A stretch of 64,000 nucleotides of DNA from Eledone cirrhosa (lineage: Eukaryota), in contig OZ024741.1 of assembly GCA_964016885.1 (NCBI GenBank), positions 75,702,001 to 75,766,000 on the forward strand, given 5' to 3'. Both the position numbers and the translations under genes were made by a program. Positions 51,382-63,407 of the stretch are shown piece after piece; within the stretch, counting starts at the first letter, position 1; the number at the start of each line of letters is the position of its first letter. Below the pieces are notes generated by a model, which saw only the letters and a list, made by a program, of their open reading frames with translations, ran no database searches and was not told the DNA's origin.

Positions 51382-52852
51382 TTACACATACAAAAAATAA
51401 TTACAGCGCAACAATTCTGCTTAATTGGCCACATTGTCAGTCTACCCAATCACTAGCACTCAAAAACTGTAATGACTTGGACTCTTCTTAGAGGCAAATA
51501 AGAAAGGGGCTGATGAAAGATCAACTAGCACTGAACATTTCAAGACTATCTGATGGCCATCAACATTATCCAAAATTAATGCAAAAGAGCAGCAGTGGAT
51601 TATGTGTGTAGTAGGATGTTTGTCACCCAATATGCTACCCAGTGCAGCCATTATTATAGAAGCACAATTCTAGGAGGCATTGGCTATTGTTATAATTCTT
51701 GCAAATACTACATGGAAACCTAAACAAAAGGGCTAAGCTTCATTATCCCTACAAAAGATGCCTCTGTCCACTTTTTTCAGCTATAAGAATGGTTTATTCA
51801 ATTTTCTCAACTATTATTTATAGTAATTAACTGTTATTACAGCTATTTTCTGCATTTGGGACTCTCACATTTTAAAATTTCAAACACTCTCATCACTTCA
51901 ATAATTCATACAGTATATCTGTGTAATAACTTTTGTGAAATTATGTTACCCAAGTGTCCATGTCCAAACAAAACTAAACAACATAGACATATATTATGGC
52001 AGCATATTTTTTTATTTATTTATACACATATGCATTTTTTCTGTTGCAATCACGGCTTCAGATTTGACATCAGAGGATACACCTGCAATGAGAATAGATT
52101 AAAGAAACTGTTATTAACACATTTGTATTGATAAGTAACTCCCACCTCCATCCTCTAACCCTCCACCTTTGGTTATAACAGGCCCTAGCTTATGCACACA
52201 TACTAACTGACGTGTTACCCAGTTACCCAAGCCTGAAAAATAATTCTTAATAATATGAATTGATTTCAATGCCAAAGTCAGTTGTTTAGGATTCCCTACA
52301 TTATGACAATGATCAATGTCTCAGAATTGTGCTTCTATTGTATTGATGTTATCCAAGGGAAAAAGCATAAGCCAATACAGCTTAGTACCAATGTCATTGC
52401 TACTTATTTTTTCCAGCTGGGTGGACTGGAGCAATATGACATAAAGTGTCTAAAGTGTCTTGCTCAAGGACACAATGTACCACTTGGTATAGGAATCAAA
52501 CTTACAACCTTACAATCATGAGCCCAGCACCCTAACCACTATCTTCTGTAGTATAGAGAGTTTTATGTAACTTAATAAAGACGTAGTTTGTTGTATTATT
52601 TTATGTATTTTCATTTCATATACAAATGTTAGGTTTTGGCATGAATGCTTAATTGCCCCGTGGGTAGTCCCATCAGGCCCTGGGCATCGATATGCATGTA
52701 TATATGTGTGTGTGTTTATTAATGTTGATTCCATGACCTATTATTCTGGAGTTTCCCCAGTATGTTATTGGTTCCTTTGACAGTTAAAGACTGCTTTTAG
52801 CTTTTTTGAAATGGAAAGTCAACTCAAAAGATACATTTACAAAAGTAACTCA

Positions 52853-53170
52853 TCATCATCATCATCATCACCATCATATTTTTGTGTCTACTTTTTTCAT
52901 GCTTGGGTTACATAGGTTTATTTTCAGCACAACTTCACTCTACCTACTGCAGTCCTTCATCATCTCCTTTTGAGATCTGCTCTCACCACTTCTGCTCAAG
53001 TCTGCCTTGGCCTTCCTCTACTGCAGCTTCCTTCCACTGGGAACACCTGGCACTTCATCACCCAACAATCATCAACCATATGCATCACATATCCATACCA
53101 GTGCAATCTTCTCTCTTACACACAACATTTGATTCCTCTTAAGCTCTGTTTTTCTCCCACCCCATCCATG
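52853..53170 (-). mobile_element. Old RTE 3' fragment
   Basis: (CAT)n tail. Minus strand reads LRGIKCCV*ERRLHWYGYVMHM...RGRPRQT. Confidence 0.75.
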
Positions 53171-53214
53171 CTTTACCATTAATGCATATTGATATCTAAT
53201 TAATGCATATTGAT

Positions 53215-54890
53215 ACAGGGCCAGTAATTTTTGGATGAAAGGGAAATTCGATTATATCAACCCCAGTTCTTGCCTGATACTTTATTTTATCCCCCTTGAA
53301 AGAGTGAAAGGTAAAGTTGACTTTGGTAGGATTTGAACTGAGAACATAAATTCCTACCCAAATACTGCAAAGCATTTTGTCAGATGCGCTACCAATTCTG
53401 CCAAACCCTTATGCATATAAACATGACACATCCATTGAAGAATGTTCGTTTAACTATTGTTTGGTTTGTTTCATTTATATATGGCATCTGACAATAAGAC
53501 TTAAGATAAAATGATCTTACTTTTTACTGAACTTCTTCAACATTGTGCGAATACAAAACCATGGTCCATTATGAATACAGATTATATACTCAAGGAAGAA
53601 CCTGGAAGGCAAACATAAATTGGTAGATCACATTTTAGAAATGAATGATTAGCATAATGGACAATATGTTGCATTTTTTTTTTCTTCGTGTAAATACAAT
53701 TTAATAGAAAATGGAAAAAAAAAATTTAGATTGAGGAGAAAGAATGAAATGTAAAAGGAAAAGAGAGGGAAAGGCAAGGGCTCTAGTGACACAGAAGAAT
53801 GAGGAGGGGGAGGGTAATTTGAGTCTAGGGCGCAACAGTAATGGGGCTGTGCCCCGTGAACAAGGCCGCGAAAGCATTCCTACAGACAATGGCCAGCAAC
53901 ACCTGCTGTAACAGCCATCTCATCTTGTAGGGCTCCTTCCTCAGACAGGTTGCCAATGTTCTGATCTTGTAAAGGAGCTCAGCAGTACAGGTTCCAAGTA
54001 TGATAAAGCATATGGCATTATCTATGTATGTTAAGGGCAGCAGATTGGCAGTATCAGTAGCACTGGGGTTAATTTAATCAATTTTCCCCTTCCCACAAAA
54101 ATTGTTGGCCTTGTGCCTAAATCAGAAACCGTTATTTATGTATTTTTTTTAGGGTGGTGAAATGGTAGTATCATTAATCCATCAGATGAAATGCATTGCA
54201 ATATTTCATTACGGCATTTTATGTTCAGGTTTCAAATCCTGCTTTTAATCCTACTGGAGTCAATAAAATAAAGTACCAGTTAAGTATTGAGGTTTACCTT
54301 CCCCCAAATTACTGGCTTTGTGCCAATGTTATAAAGAATTATATAAGTACTTAAATCAAACCTCACTGAGGTAGATAAAATGGGTGCTATTTTAAAACAT
54401 GGCTTATTTATGCTTTCTAGGGGCAATGGATTGACAGAATGGTTAGTGTTGAGTAAAATACATTGCAGTATTTTGTTACATTCTGATTCCAAATCCCGTC
54501 GAGATCAACTTTGACTTTCATTCTTCCAAGGTCGATAAAATAAAGTACTGGGATTGATCTAACCGACTTTCCCTTCCTTGCCAAATCACTGACCTTGTGC
54601 CAAAATCAGAAACCATTATTTATGCTTTCTACATTTTTTTGTGGTTTAATTTGCTTTACATATTTCTGTGCTGAATAAAATAAATACTATCCAAGTGTGG
54701 AAATGTAAGAAATAATGATTCTTAATTTAGGCACAAGACTAGTAATTTGAAGGAAGAGATAAGTTGATTGCACCAACCCCAGTGTTTAACTGGTGCTTTA
54801 TTTTACTGACCTAAGAAGGATGAAAGTCAAAGTTGACCTAGGTGGGATTTGATCTCAGAATGTAAAGAGCCAGAATAAATACCGCAATGG
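53215..54890. mobile_element. Cluster of older SINE-1 relatives: 53215-53405(-), 54035-54130(+), 54150-54330(+), 54422-54620(+), 54720-54890(-)
   Basis: Each has parts of the A/B boxes, the CTTTCAT.C...GGTCGATAAAATAAAGTAC core and a GGCCTTGTGCC..AA..AGAAAC end. Confidence 0.7.
53850..53995 (-). mobile_element. CRE-clade LINE 3' remnant
   Basis: Homologous to 42320-42440. Minus strand reads WLLQQVLLAIVCRNAFAAL. Confidence 0.6.
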
Positions 54891-55224
54891 CATTTTATCT
54901 GTGATGGAGTCATAGAGGCACCATAGTGACACACAACATGTGTTGGGCATTTTAAACCTAGTGGAGCCTATCCTTTCTCTAGGTCTCAACACTGCCAATT
55001 TCTTTTAGAGAAGAAGAAAGTGTGTAATAGAGATGAAGTGAGAAAGAAGTATAAAAGAAGAATCAAGTCCATCATTGGACTGGTACTATTTTTACCACCC
55101 TTCACTATATGAACAGTTGATGCTATGGCGGTTTATTAAAATTAATCAATATGTAAACAGTTAATGCTTTTGTGGCCTCAGCCTTTAAGAGATTAATCAT
55201 CACTCCCAGATGCACCTCACGTAC

Positions 55225-56370
55225 ATCAGAAGATTTAAAGAGCTCAAATGTGGCAAGGCTGCTGGGGAGGACGAAATTCGGCCCAAGATGTTAAAAGTCT
55301 TAAATAAGAAATGTATTCTCTTGCTGACTCGTGTGTGCCAGGCTGCTTGGATCTCTGGAAGGGCACCTAAGCAATGGCAATCGAGAGTGATAATCCCAAT
55401 TTTCAAATAGAGAGACTAGAGAAATTGCTTCAATTATAGAGGGGGTCTCCTTGTTAAGCCTCTCTGGTAAAGCTTAATATCTGGCAAAGAGATATAGGGA
55501 TATTGTCAAGTCCAAGCTAACTGGATAACTGTGGTTTTCACCCCAGGTGCAGCACAGGCAACCAAATATTCACACATGACAATTTTTTGAGAAATCATGG
55601 AAGAACTGCAAAGAGTCAGCTGGAATTTGCAGATGACATGGTATTACTTAACTCATCAGAAGGTGATCTCTGACATGTACTTCATAGGTTTGCTGCTGTG
55701 TGCTGCAGGGCTGGAATGAAAATCGGTGCTACAAAAACTGAGACACTCATCCTCTCAAGGAAGATTGTGCAGTAGACTCTACTTGTGTGTGGAGTTCCAC
55801 TGAAGCAGGTGGAGAAGTACAAGTATCACAGGGCTGTGTTCATGAGTGATGGAAGACAAGAGGCTGAATTAAGTGCAAGAATTGCAAGAGCTGGTGCAGT
55901 AATGCTTCAACATTCGGTAATCAGAAGTAGGGAGGTAGGTGTAAAAGCCACACTCACTATTTTCAGTTTGGTATTTGTGCCAACCCTTATGAATTTCGAT
56001 ACTGACTAAAAGAAGGGTGTTTGGTGTAACTATACTCGAAAGAGTACATAGCTCAGAGATTAGAGAGTCACTCATGGTAGAGCTGCTACTTCTCTGAATT
56101 GAGAGATCACAGCTTCAATACTATGGGCATGTGGTTAGAATGTTTCAGGAAAGAATTGCTGGACAGATTTTAGTTTCAAAATCTAGGGGTAGACTCCGAG
56201 CATAATGGTTGGATAACATCCATGAGCTTGGTTGGTGTCACTTGGGAATCCAACCAGATCATTTGGAGACAGTTGCTTTTGACAAGGCTCAGTGGAAGGC
56301 ATGCTTGATGCCTCTGTCTGCCCCTTTGATCCTCCCAGGAATAAGTGGGCAAAGGAGGAGGAGGAGAATT
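55225..56370 (+). mobile_element. Degenerate RTE (Expander/Rex3-like)
   Basis: LKCGKAAGEDEIRPKMLK...WQSRVIIPIFK, NYRG.SLLSL, FADD, LKQVEKYKY, QL.YYGHVVRM. Confidence 0.82.
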
Positions 56371-56649
56371 AATGAGTTAAGAAATAGTAGTGAAAAGAGG
56401 ATATGTACTTGCATGAAGTCTCGGTGATATAATTAGGATACTTTTTCCAGACTTCGGGGCAGAGTTCTTTATGCATGCAGTGTGATCTAACAGTAACTCC
56501 TGCAAATAAAAAATGTTCATTTATATTCTTCAATACCTTTACCCAATTAAATAACTATTATGTAATACACCATAAAGTGTAGTTTTTAGTTCTATTCTGA
56601 AATCATGTCATAAGTTGAAAAACTATCATCTGTGAATGGATATGGTCTA

Positions 56650-57037
56650 GGATGTTGACAAAAAACGGCCAGGCCACACTGTAAAGTGGTCGTATAGATA
56701 GGTGCCACGGCAAAAAGCACCCAGTTCACACTGTAAAGTGGTCATGTACAGTAAAAGGTGCATAGCCCACACTGTAAAGTGGTCGTGTAGGTGCCACAAC
56801 AAAAGGCACCCTGTCCACATTGTAAAGTGGTCGTGTAGGCGTCACAACAAAAAGCACCCAGTACTCATTGTAAATGAGCTGGCACTAGGAAAGGCAACCA
56901 GCTGTAGAAACCAAGCCAAAATCAGTTCTGTATAAGCATGACATGGTTACCTGACCTGGCATTGTTCATAACAGGATAACTTGTCAAACCCATGCCAGTG
57001 TGGAAAAATGGGCATTAAACGGTGATGATGATGATGA
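56650..57037 (+). mobile_element. RTE-3'UTR-type element with about 6 tandem units and (GAT)n tail
   Basis: CACACTGTAAAGTGGTCGTGTAGG.G.CAC.ACAAAAAGCACCC units. Confidence 0.8.
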
Positions 57038-57377
57038 CATTTTGTGCATGGGAGGTATGACAATGGTATTGTGTGTTAACTCGTTAGTGAGCACCTTTTA
57101 AAAAGTTTATAATTATCATATTACTGTCACATTGGTAGTCTCTGGTGTTCTGTGAATTTAAAAATGTCTATGAATACATTCAGACCAATGTAGTGTGCAA
57201 GAGAGAAGAATGCAATGGTATAGGCATGGGATGCACATGGATATTGATTGCTATCAGTTGAAGAATACCAAGGAAGGCCTAAGCAGAGGTGTTGAGAGCT
57301 AATCTCAAATTGCAGGATGCTCACAATGAATATGAAGGAACCCAATGAGTAGAGGAGTATATATATTATCGTCAACA

Positions 57378-58088
57378 TCATCATGATTACCATTTAATGT
57401 CAATTTTTCCACGCTAGCATGGGTTATACAAGTTGCCCCATTTTGAGACAAGCCAGGACCAATGACTATGCCTTGCTCATAGAATGTTTGGCTTTGGTTT
57501 CTGTGGCTGGATACCTTTCCTAACACCAACCACATTTACAGTGTGCTGGGTGCTTTTTTGTCATGACACCTACATGACGACTTTACAGTATGGGGTGGGC
57601 ACTTTTGTTGTGTCACCTTCATGACCATTTTACAGTATGGGTGGGTACGTTTTGTCATGTCACCTACACGACCACTTTACACTGTAAACTGGGTGCTTTT
57701 GTCGTGTCACCTACACAACCACTTTAGTATGGGCCGGGTGCTTTTTGTTATGACACTTACTTAACAACTTTACAGTGTGGGCTGGGCACTTTTTGTTATA
57801 ATACTTAAACAACCACTTTACAGTGTGGGCTGGGCGCTTTATGTTGTGCCACGTACACAATCACTGTACAGTGTGGGCTGGGAACTTGGGTGATGGGAGG
57901 TGTGCGGGGATTGGGGAGGTAGATCTAGGAGTATGTGTGAGGGGGCAGAGTGTTCAGGCGTGAGTGGTGTATTAGGACGTGGAGGTGTATGGAAGGGGGA
58001 GAGGGAATATAGTGCATACAAGATGTATACTTCAGCCCATGCACATGGGAAGGTGGGTCTTCTGTATTACTGCATAACGCCAGAGATC
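57378..58088 (-). mobile_element. RTE 3' end (last codons and 3' UTR with about 9 tandem units of about 40 bp)
   Basis: Minus strand reads DLWRYAVIQKTHLP at 58045-58088. Unit array at 57535-57880. Confidence 0.85.
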
Positions 58089-58115
58089 TCATATATATAT
58101 ATATATATATATATA

Positions 58116-58519
58116 TCATCATCATCATCATTTCACGTCCGCTTTTTCCCTGCTTGCAAGGGTGGGACGGGAACTGACGCTGGCTTGATTTCTACAGCTA
58201 GATGCCCTTCCTAACCCCAACTTCTGGGTGCTTTTTTTTTTGCTGTGGCACCTCCACGACCACTTTGCAATGGAATGATAGGGACCCCCGTCCCTATCAT
58301 CTCATTTCTACAGCTGAGTAAACTGGAGCAATGTGAAATAAAGTGTCTTTGTCAAGGAAACAACACATCACCCGGTCTGAGAATTGAACTCATAACCTTT
58401 CGATTGCAAGGCCAATGCTCTAACCACTAAGCCATGTGCCCTCCATTAATATAGTTCCCGTCCCACCCTTGCAAGCAGGGAAAAAGCGGATGTAAAATGA
58501 AATGATGATGATGAAATGA
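58116..58519. mobile_element. Two inverted RTE-tail elements enclosing a CORE-like SINE(-)
   Basis: 58116-58176 is the near reverse complement of 58452-58512. SINE at 58310-58445. (TA)n on both sides. Confidence 0.75.
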
Positions 58520-58540
58520 TATATATATATATATATATAT

Positions 58541-58727
58541 GTTTCTACTTTTGGCACAAGGCCAGCAATTACCCCAGTGTATTACTGGTACTTTATTTTA
58601 TCGAGCCCGTAATGATGAAAAGAAAAGTTAACCTCAGCGGGATTTGAACTCAGATCATAAAGGGCCGTAACTCTATGCTGCAAAGCATAGCTTCCGACCC
58701 TCTACCGACACTGCCAATCCACCGCCC
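58541..58727 (-). mobile_element. SINE-1 copy
   Basis: Reverse complement of 6262-6445. Confidence 0.9.
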
Positions 58728-58871
58728 TTAGTACACAAAATGGCATGAGAAAATGCATAGGAAGCTAAGAAAAAAACACTTTTGTGTAAAATGTGGGATT
58801 CTGGAACACCCTACATGTATATATATATGTACATATATACAATATATATAATGTATGTATGTATATATATT

Positions 58872-61026
58872 CTAAGGCGGGTAAAATTCCCGAGATCCAT
58901 GGACGAGTTCTCTCCAGCGGTCTCTGTCCCTCATTATCGCTGCCATGTCCTGCGTCTCCAACAGACCAGTGTTTGTCCTTAGGGCATCAACATACGTTAA
59001 CCTTGGTCTTCCTCTTCTAGTGTGTCCATGTATGGGCTCCCAAAGGAGCACTGAGTGCAATGTCAACTCTGGATGTCGGTGAGCATGTCCAGCTAACCTC
59101 AGTCTCCTCTGTGTCACTTTTGAGCTGACTTTTGGGATGCTCCCATACAGCTCTGAGTTTTTCATCCTCAGTGTATATTGATTAATGTTCAGAGCCATCC
59201 TCAGCATTCTCGTGTAGCACCCATCCACCATCTGAGTGAGTTTCTTGGTCAGTGTCCAAGTCTCAGACCCATACAGCAGCACAGACTCCACTACAGCAAT
59301 GAAGAGGCGGACTTTCAGGTCTTTACGAAGGTCCGACTTCCACACCGATCTCAAGCTGTGGCACGCCGCCCAGGCCTTGCTCTTCCTCTCAACAACATCA
59401 TCTTCCGTATTCCCAATCTTTGCTCCCAAATACAGGAAGCCCTCAACCAATTCTAGCGGCTTGTTATGAGTGAGGTCCGGGTGAGCTTAAGAAAGAGCAA
59501 GGCTCAGCTCCGGAGAGGAATCTATGACTGGGGAGCTTTCAAGGAAGATGATAAGCTACAGGAGAGGTTCACAGTGGAAGTGAGAAACAGGTTTAGTGCT
59601 CTGTGTGGAGAGTCAGAGGAGAGAGAGATTGGATGGACTGAGGAGAGTGTGACGAGGAGGTACGGGCACTTCACCAATGCAGTGGCGGAAGCAAGTGAAA
59701 CCCTGGTGCCGAGGAAAAAGAACAAAGGGAAGCACGTCAGCTCTGCAAACCCAAAAGTGTGTGCAGCCAGAGAACACCAGAAAGCTGCCAAGGACCAATT
59801 CTATGCTGATCCTACGGAGGAGAGGGTGGAGACTGTGGAGGTGATGAGGGAAGAGCTCTGTACCGTTTACACTGAGTTCAGAGAGGAGGCACTGATAGAG
59901 AAGATCAGAAGTGTGGAGAGAGCGCTTGACAGATCTGGATGTAAGGAGAGCTGGATGATCATCAACGAGATCACAGGGAGGAAGAGAAGGTGTTCGAGTC
60001 AGATCCAGGGAACGGGGCCCGAGGATAGGAAGAGGAAATGGCTAGACCATTTTAGGACCCTACTAGGAGAGCCACCCCCCACAGCCCAGAGCACTGGGGA
60101 GATCAGGCGGCTGTTTGAGGAACTGGATGTTGAGACAGAGCCCTTCACCAGAGAGGAGCTTCAGAGAGCCAAGAAGAGGATCAAGGAGGGCAAGGCTCAT
60201 GGAGAAGATGGAGTGGCATCAGAGGTGATGAAGAGGTGTGATTTTGATGATATCATCCTGGGGTTCTGTAACAGGGCACTGGAGAAAGGAGTTGCCCCGA
60301 ATCAGTAGAGGATCAGTAACATCGTCCCAGTGCCAAAGAAGGGAGATCTCTCTAACACCAACAACTACAGGGGGATCTCACTGACGTCACTTGTGGCAAA
60401 GACCCTCAACAGGATGATTCTTAACAGGATCCAGCCTGAGATGGAGAAGAAGCTCAGGGACAACCAGAACGGCTTCAGAGAGGGTAGATCAACCAGTCAC
60501 ATCCTGATGCTGAGGAGGATATTAGAGGGAGCTAGAGCAAAGTGCCTTGGTTTTCATTGACTTTAGGAAGGCCTTTGATTCTGCCTGATGAAGATCTTAC
60601 AGGCTTATGGAATCCCCAAAAAGATAGTGGACCTGATATCACTGCTCTACACCAACACCAAAGCCCAAATCATTACACCTGATGGGATGACAGAGTTCTT
60701 TGAGATACTGGCTGGAGTGCTCCAGGGAGATACATTGGCTCCCTACCTTTTTATCATCGTAGTGGACTATTGTATGCGCCTTGCACTGGAGAAACACCAG
60801 GACTCTGGCTTTACTGTAGCACCGGCTCAGAGCAGGAGAGTTAGGGCGAAAAAGGTATCGGATGGTGGATTTGCCAACAACATAGTTTTAGTGACAAATA
60901 CATTGAAAGAGGCAGAGGATTTGATGCGGGAGGTTGAGACTGTGTCGATGAGTGTGGGGCTGAGAATGAATGAGACTAAAACAAAATATCTGGTAGAGAA
61001 TGTTGAGAAGCCAGAGGGGATCACTA

Positions 61027-61028
<2 letters not shown>
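58872..61028 (-). mobile_element. Second RTE family (RTE-B) with 5' inversion: 3' part on minus (58872-59465), upstream RT part on plus (59466-61028)
   Basis: Plus part: [42 protein letters not shown]...EGITNV. Minus part continues NKPLELVEGFLYLG...ESVLLYGSETW...RLRLAGH...GRPR. Confidence 0.93.
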
Positions 61029-61099
<71 letters not shown>

Positions 61100-61209
61100 T
61101 TTCATTCATTTCATTTTACGACCGCTTCTTCCCTGCTTGCAAGGGTGGGACTGTATATATATGTGTGTATATATATATATATGTGTGTATATATATATAT
61201 ATATGTATG

Positions 61210-61244
<35 letters not shown>

Positions 61245-61262
61245 GTATATATATATGTATAT

Positions 61263-62265
61263 ATCATCATCATCATAATCGTTTAACGTCCATGTTCCAC
61301 GCTCGCATGGGTTTGGACGGGCGTTTTCCCACTTGAGGCAAGAGTGGTTGTCTTGCTCGCATAGGACTATCTGGCGGGTTTTTACCGTGTTGCCTACATG
61401 GCCACATTACAGCGTGGACTGTGTGTTTTTTTGTCGTGACACCTACACGATCTCATTTGTTTCGGCCTGGATGTTGTGGCACCAACATAACTTTACATTG
61501 AAAGGGGCGGTGTGGATGGGGTGGGGGTGGTGGGACGGGGTGTATTTTGTTAGAGATGCCTACTGACTGTAGTAGGTTTTACTTTGTATTTAGGTAAGGC
61601 AGGTCTTCTCTATTACTGAGTACCACCAAAGATCTCGGTCCAGTGACATTGTCTTGGAGAGGTGTAAGTGTGTGAGGTCGGAATTTATCAGGTCGTCCCA
61701 GGTTTTTCTGGGTCTGCCTACTCCGTGGCTACCGTCTATCTTTATTGCCTTGCACTTTTTATACAGCTGTCGTCTTTCATGCGCATCACGTGACCATACC
61801 AACGTAGCCTTCTCTCGAGTAAACAACATCTGATCCCTCTTATTTCTAATTTTTCCCTTAGTTCGTTTATGCTTTGCCGTTCACGTATATTACTATTACA
61901 CATCCAGCGGAGCATGCAAGCTTCGTTCCTCTCTAGTCTGCGTATATCCTCTGCACACAATGCCCAGGTCTCACTGCCATGCAACATTGCTGTTCGTATG
62001 CAGGCATCATACAGCCTGCCTTTCATTTTTAGGGAGAACCCTTTAGCGGCTAATAGTGGTATAAGCTCTCTGAACTTTTTCCATCCAGTTCTGACTCTAG
62101 CTACTGTACTTTCAGAGCACCCTCCCCCACTGCTGATTTTGTCACCCAGGTAACGGAAGCTGTCCACTATTCCTATAGAACCCTCTGCGCAATTGAAAGA
62201 GCTAGTATTCTGTGGGCACTTGCTGCTACTTATTGCACCAGAGCACCGGCCATGCGTAAAATCTA
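61263..62265 (-). mobile_element. RTE-A 3' fragment
   Basis: ORF 61742-62482 from [14 protein letters not shown] onward. (CAT)n tail and (TA)-rich flanks. Confidence 0.95.
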
Positions 62266-62413
62266 TATATATGTATATATATATATATGTATGTATATAT
62301 ATATGTATATATATGTGTATATATATATGTATGTATATATATATGTATATATATATATATGTATATATATGTATGTATATATATATGTATATATATGTAT
62401 ATATATATGTATG

Positions 62414-62446
<33 letters not shown>

Positions 62447-62478
62447 GTATGTATATATATATATATATATGTATATAT

Positions 62479-63102
62479 ACAAATAATTTTGGAGATAATT
62501 ATAAAGAATTAGTATATCTAGAAACTAATTAGTTGAGAGTGAAATTTAAGTAAGTTAATTTTATAATTTTCTTATTTTACGTCTCTCATATTATTGTTCT
62601 GCAACCCCATGCATTGAACCACATAGTTACTAAGACAAAACCTATATATTTGCTAACATAAGTATGCATCTGTGTATATATATGTTACTAGATATACTAA
62701 TTCTTTATAATTATCTCCAAAATTATTTGTCGAGCAAAAATGGCCAAGACTGCTGCTATAGTAGCAGTACGGCTGCTGTCTTACTAACAAACCACTATCC
62801 ACTGATTGACCTCGATGTCACGTGATTGATTCTTTTGAATTTGCCACCGACGCAGTAGGCAGTGATTTTATCAATGGCTTGGAATTAGTCCTCGCTTTGC
62901 TTTTTCCATCCACTGAATTATTTTTGTATAAGTTCCCTGTGTCCACGTATTGCCTGGAAACTTAGCTGAGAATAGACTTCCCTGATGACGAAAGGCTTCT
63001 CCGTGCGTTCTTCGGATAGTACGTTTAATCCCTTTCAGGAACTAATTAGTTGGGAGTGAAATTTAAGTAAGTAAGTTAATTTTATAATTTTCTTATTTTA
63101 CG

Positions 63103-63110
<8 letters not shown>
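62479..63110 (+). mobile_element. ORF-less hammerhead-bearing retroelement (PLE pseudo-LTR or retrozyme-like), 517-bp unit with terminal redundancy of about 70 bp
   Basis: 62521-62591 repeats directly at 63038-63110. 62479-62521 is the inverse of about 62687-62730. Hammerhead at 62976-63057. (TA)n flanks. Confidence 0.75.
62976..63057 (+). ncRNA. Type I hammerhead ribozyme motif with long stem II loop
   Basis: ACTTCC CTGATGA C-GAAAGG...CCTTTC-A GGAAC TAATTA GTT GGGAGT. The upstream repeat copy keeps the canonical GAAAC (62521-62525). Confidence 0.75.
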
Positions 63111-63139
<29 letters not shown>

Positions 63140-63155
<16 letters not shown>

Positions 63156-63384
63156 TAAAAGCAAGTCGGTCTGTGTGTGTGTGTGTCTGTCTCTGTACAA
63201 ATACTAGGCTCCTTTTAAGATTTGAAGTACTAGGCCGATTTGGCACGTACTATTGAGGCGACCTCTCATTGGCTAGCTGACATAAGCTGACATGCACTCA
63301 GAAATTGCTAGCTAAGCCATAAACGACCTTGAACAATTCAGGCTGTCATTCATTTCCCGAGTAACGCCGGGTACATCTGCTAAT
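63140..63384 (+). mobile_element. Non-autonomous Helitron-like element
   Basis: 5' TATAAATATAAAA followed by (TG/TCTG) repeats. 3' hairpin CCCGAGTAACGCCGGG, then 8 nt later a CTAA-T (CTRR) end. Confidence 0.6.
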
Positions 63385-63407
63385 GTAGTGTATATATATA
63401 TATATAT

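Noticed and set aside
57535-57880. CRISPR-like array of ~40-bp units
   Set aside because: The units are tandem and degenerate without unique spacers. They are part of an RTE 3' UTR in eukaryotic DNA, and no cas genes are present.
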